DNA of 64,000 nt from positions 103,279 through 167,278 of the IMG/VR virus record IMGVR_UViG_3300045988_176782. The stretch is one strand, 5' to 3'. The translations under genes were made by a program, and so were the position numbers. The DNA is from a virus. Of this stretch, positions 61,865 through 64,000 are shown piece by piece. The notes beneath the pieces were generated by a model. The model saw only the letters and a program-made list of their open reading frames with translations, was not told where the DNA came from and did no database searches. Each line of letters begins with the position of its first letter. Positions within the stretch are counted from its first letter, which is position 1.

Positions 61865-62113
61865 ATGTTAAAACTCGCACCCGCAATTGAAATTAAAGAA
61901 GTTAAAAATTACGATGAATTTGCCAAGAAAATCATTGTAAGTTTTATGATGTTTCCAAATTACGATGGGCATATTTATGATTTGGATAAAAACGCAGAGC
62001 CATTCCTTCCCACTTTTTATAAGGAGCCAGGCTTTCGTGTAATGTATAATGAAGAAATGAAGCGGCTGTATGTACAAAAATTTGAAGAAATGGAGAAGAA
62101 AGAAAATGAGTAA
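61865..62113 (+). CDS. hypothetical protein
   Basis: Intact ORF. Confidence 0.45.
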   Translation: MLKLAPAIEIKEVKNYDEFAKKIIVSFMMFPNYDGHIYDLDKNAEPFLPTFYKEPGFRVMYNEEMKRLYVQKFEEMEKKENE

Positions 62114-62831
62114 TCGTATTTACGTAAGAGGAGACACGCATGGCTCCTATGATTGGCTTGAAAAATTTTGCCAAGACGAACAAACAGACTATTCTGACAT
62201 CCTTATTCTTCTTGGCGACCATGCCCTTCGTTTTGAAGGATACAATAATCGTAGAGAAGTTCGTAGAAAAGAACAAGTGTCTAAATTTCCAATTACAATT
62301 TTTGGCTTGCAAGGAAACCATGACCGGCCGCCGCGCCCGGACATTCAAAAAACACATTGTCCTTTAACAGTCCAACCAATGCTACACGATGAAAAATATT
62401 CTAATCTATGGTATTTTTGCGAGAACGAATTTCCCGTTTGGGAGATTTATGGGAAGCTTTTTCTTGTCCTTCAAGGCGCATATTCGGTAGATAAAGAATG
62501 GCGGCAATTGATGCATTGGACTTGGTATGAAGATGAGCAGCTCACACCGGAACTTCAAAATACCATTCTTGAAGAACTAAAGAAATATCAAAATAACCTT
62601 AAATATGATTTTGTTCTTTCCCACACTTGCCCTGAAAGTTGGGAACCTACAGACCTATTTATGAAGGGTGTAATTGACCAAAGCAAAGTAGACCACCGCA
62701 CAGAAGAATGGTTAGAGGAAATTAAAAATACTATTAATTTTGACCATTGGTATTTTGGACATTATCACGATAATAGAGAAATTAATGATAAGGCGACAAT
62801 GTTGTATGAAGAAGTTAGGAGAATAGTATGA
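62106..62831 (+). CDS. metallophosphoesterase (Ser/Thr-phosphatase-type)
   Basis: RGDTHG, LLGDH and QGNHD motifs. ATG 62106 overlaps the upstream stop. Confidence 0.75.
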   Translation: MSNRIYVRGDTHGSYDWLEKFCQDEQTDYSDILILLGDHALRFEGYNNRREVRRKEQVSKFPITIFGLQGNHDRPPRPDIQKTHCPLTVQPMLHDEKYSNLWYFCENEFPVWEIYGKLFLVLQGAYSVDKEWRQLMHWTWYEDEQLTPELQNTILEELKKYQNNLKYDFVLSHTCPESWEPTDLFMKGVIDQSKVDHRTEEWLEEIKNTINFDHWYFGHYHDNREINDKATMLYEEVRRIV

Positions 62832-63100
62832 CGAAGAAGACTATCCTTATTTTAGTGTTACTAATTTGTATTTTTCTTTTTTCTTCTTGCACATCTACAA
62901 GTTATCTTAGTCTCGGTGGAAAAACTGAGTTGGATTTGCCAGAGGGCGAAAAACTAGTAGATATTTCTTGGCATTCAAGTGAAAACAATTTATGGATTTT
63001 AGTTACTGCACGAGAAGATAATGAAGAACCTAAAACTTACTATTTTTACCAATGGGGCGGCATCATTCAAAGTGGCGGTTTAACCATAAAGGAGCATTAA
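62828..63100 (+). CDS. lipoprotein
   Basis: Signal peptide with lipobox LFSSC. Confidence 0.6.
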   Translation: MTKKTILILVLLICIFLFSSCTSTSYLSLGGKTELDLPEGEKLVDISWHSSENNLWILVTAREDNEEPKTYYFYQWGGIIQSGGLTIKEH

Positions 63101-63102
63101 CG

Positions 63103-63133
63103 GAGGAAGAAATTTGACTTCCTCTTTTTTTTA
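63103..63133 (+). terminator. intrinsic terminator
   Basis: GAGGAAG...CTTCCTC hairpin plus a T-run. The -35 of the next promoter lies in its loop. Confidence 0.65.
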
Positions 63134-63142
63134 TTATATAAT
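63114..63142 (+). promoter_or_regulatory. promoter TTGACT-N17-TATAAT
   Basis: -35 at 63114-19, -10 at 63137-42. Confidence 0.6.
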
Positions 63143-63170
63143 TTCTATATAAAAGAAAGAAGGTAAAAAT

Positions 63171-63443
63171 ATGGCTAAAACAGTTTTATCAAAAGAACAA
63201 TATGATTTACTAATTAGAACTTACAATGAAAAAGGCACTTATGCTGCCGCCGCAAGAGCAGTTGGAATTTCTTCTTCTGTTGCGACAAGAATTATAAAAG
63301 AGTTTCTTGAAAGTGGCGTTTCATTAGAAGAAGAACCAAAAGAAATCCTCGCTTATTCTGGGCCGCAACCGAAAGAAAACCCTGAATATAATGACATCTA
63401 TTATTGTCTTTGGAATAATGAAGAATGGTGTGATTTAATATGA
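63171..63443 (+). CDS. helix-turn-helix protein
   Basis: YNEKGTYAAAARAVGISSSVATRIIKE. Confidence 0.55.
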   Translation: MAKTVLSKEQYDLLIRTYNEKGTYAAAARAVGISSSVATRIIKEFLESGVSLEEEPKEILAYSGPQPKENPEYNDIYYCLWNNEEWCDLI

Positions 63444-63799
63444 CAAATTATAAATATTTTAATTTTGATAAAAGCCCCTGGGTTTCTTATGAGTGTTATT
63501 TTATTTCTGGTTCTACAGAGGTTTGGGAACTTTTTACCAAATGCCCACATCACAATACTTCATTGTTTGGTATTCAAGTGTTTGAAGCTGCGTTATTTGG
63601 TTTGAAGCCAGAAGACTTTTATAACTATATTGCTTTAGTATATAATGCTCACGTGTTACGTTCTGATAAGTCAGTTTGGCGAAAAATTTTCTTTGACAAT
63701 ATTAAAGACGCAAATATCTTTGTAAAAGAATTAAATCGTAGAATGGAATTTGCGGTAAAAAATAAATTCTTTGAGGGGCAATATGGGCAAGAAGTATGA
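63440..63799 (+). CDS. hypothetical protein
   Basis: ATGA overlap; intact ORF. Confidence 0.5.
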   Translation: MTNYKYFNFDKSPWVSYECYFISGSTEVWELFTKCPHHNTSLFGIQVFEAALFGLKPEDFYNYIALVYNAHVLRSDKSVWRKIFFDNIKDANIFVKELNRRMEFAVKNKFFEGQYGQEV

Positions 63800-64000
63800 A
63801 CCTACTCCGGAATTACTTGAAGAAATTCTAACCAAATATGCTCAAAAAGGCAATTACTCCCAAACTGCGCGTAGTGTAGGAATGTCTACTTCAGTTGTTA
63901 CAAGAATTATCAAAGAAAATTATAAACCAAATGAAACTAAAATAAAACAAATCCAATTGATCTATAATGGTTTAACACCGCGAGAACCCGAAAAAAAAGA
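63783..64000 (+). CDS. helix-turn-helix protein (paralogue of 63171-63443), 3'-truncated at window edge
   Basis: YAQKGNYSQTARSVGMSTSVVTRIIKE; ATG 63783. Confidence 0.5.
   Translation, partial: MGKKYEPTPELLEEILTKYAQKGNYSQTARSVGMSTSVVTRIIKENYKPNETKIKQIQLIYNGLTPREPEKK

Noticed and set aside
1-64000. Possible TGA (opal) reassignment in addition to TAG.
   Set aside because: TGA terminates many genes exactly where an RBS and the next start follow (for example 889-891, 22844-46, 37752-54, 52689-91). No domain continues across a TGA.

Overview
This window is an AT-rich, gene-dense segment of a tailed dsDNA phage. The host looks Firmicutes-like: repeated TTGACA-N17-TATAAT promoters, strong AGGAGG ribosome-binding sites, and SpoIID, NlpC/P60 and LL-H-holin lysis genes. 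Almost everything is on the + strand; the exception is one minus-strand module at 33.3-35.4 kb.

The central observation is that TAG is not a stop codon here.
- About 49 in-frame TAG codons join same-frame ORF fragments in 16 late-type genes.
- These genes are the tail fibres and spikes (1-14.9 kb), two minus-strand genes (34.8-35.4 kb), the lysis cassette (36.5-38.9 kb), a GIY-YIG endonuclease, a radical-SAM/CXXX-repeat locus (51.4-53.2 kb) and a 764-aa protein (55.6-57.9 kb).
- At conserved motif columns TAG aligns with Gln.
- Long early/middle blocks contain no in-frame TAG.

Other main contents:
- A tRNA(CUA) suppressor followed immediately by an HDV-like ribozyme fold.
- A tRNA/tRNA-like island (47.9-50.7 kb) interleaved with a covarying repeat element and structured spacers.
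- A promoter-driven RNA of about 600 nt closed by a 25-bp helix.
- A structured RNA of about 440 nt next to a DUF2828/Ro-like vWA protein.
- RNA-repair-type enzymes: an Rnl5-like ligase, YqeY, a kinase, phosphoesterases and an RlaP-like nucleotidyltransferase.
- Two radical-SAM/SPASM loci next to Cys-rich C-termini of tail-fibre-like proteins.
- A nucleotide-metabolism cluster: a PurA/PurZ-family enzyme, three nucleoside-2-deoxyribosyltransferase-fold proteins, dCMP deaminase, and a nucleobase permease elsewhere in the window.

All functional calls come from motif recognition by eye. No database search or RNA folding was run.
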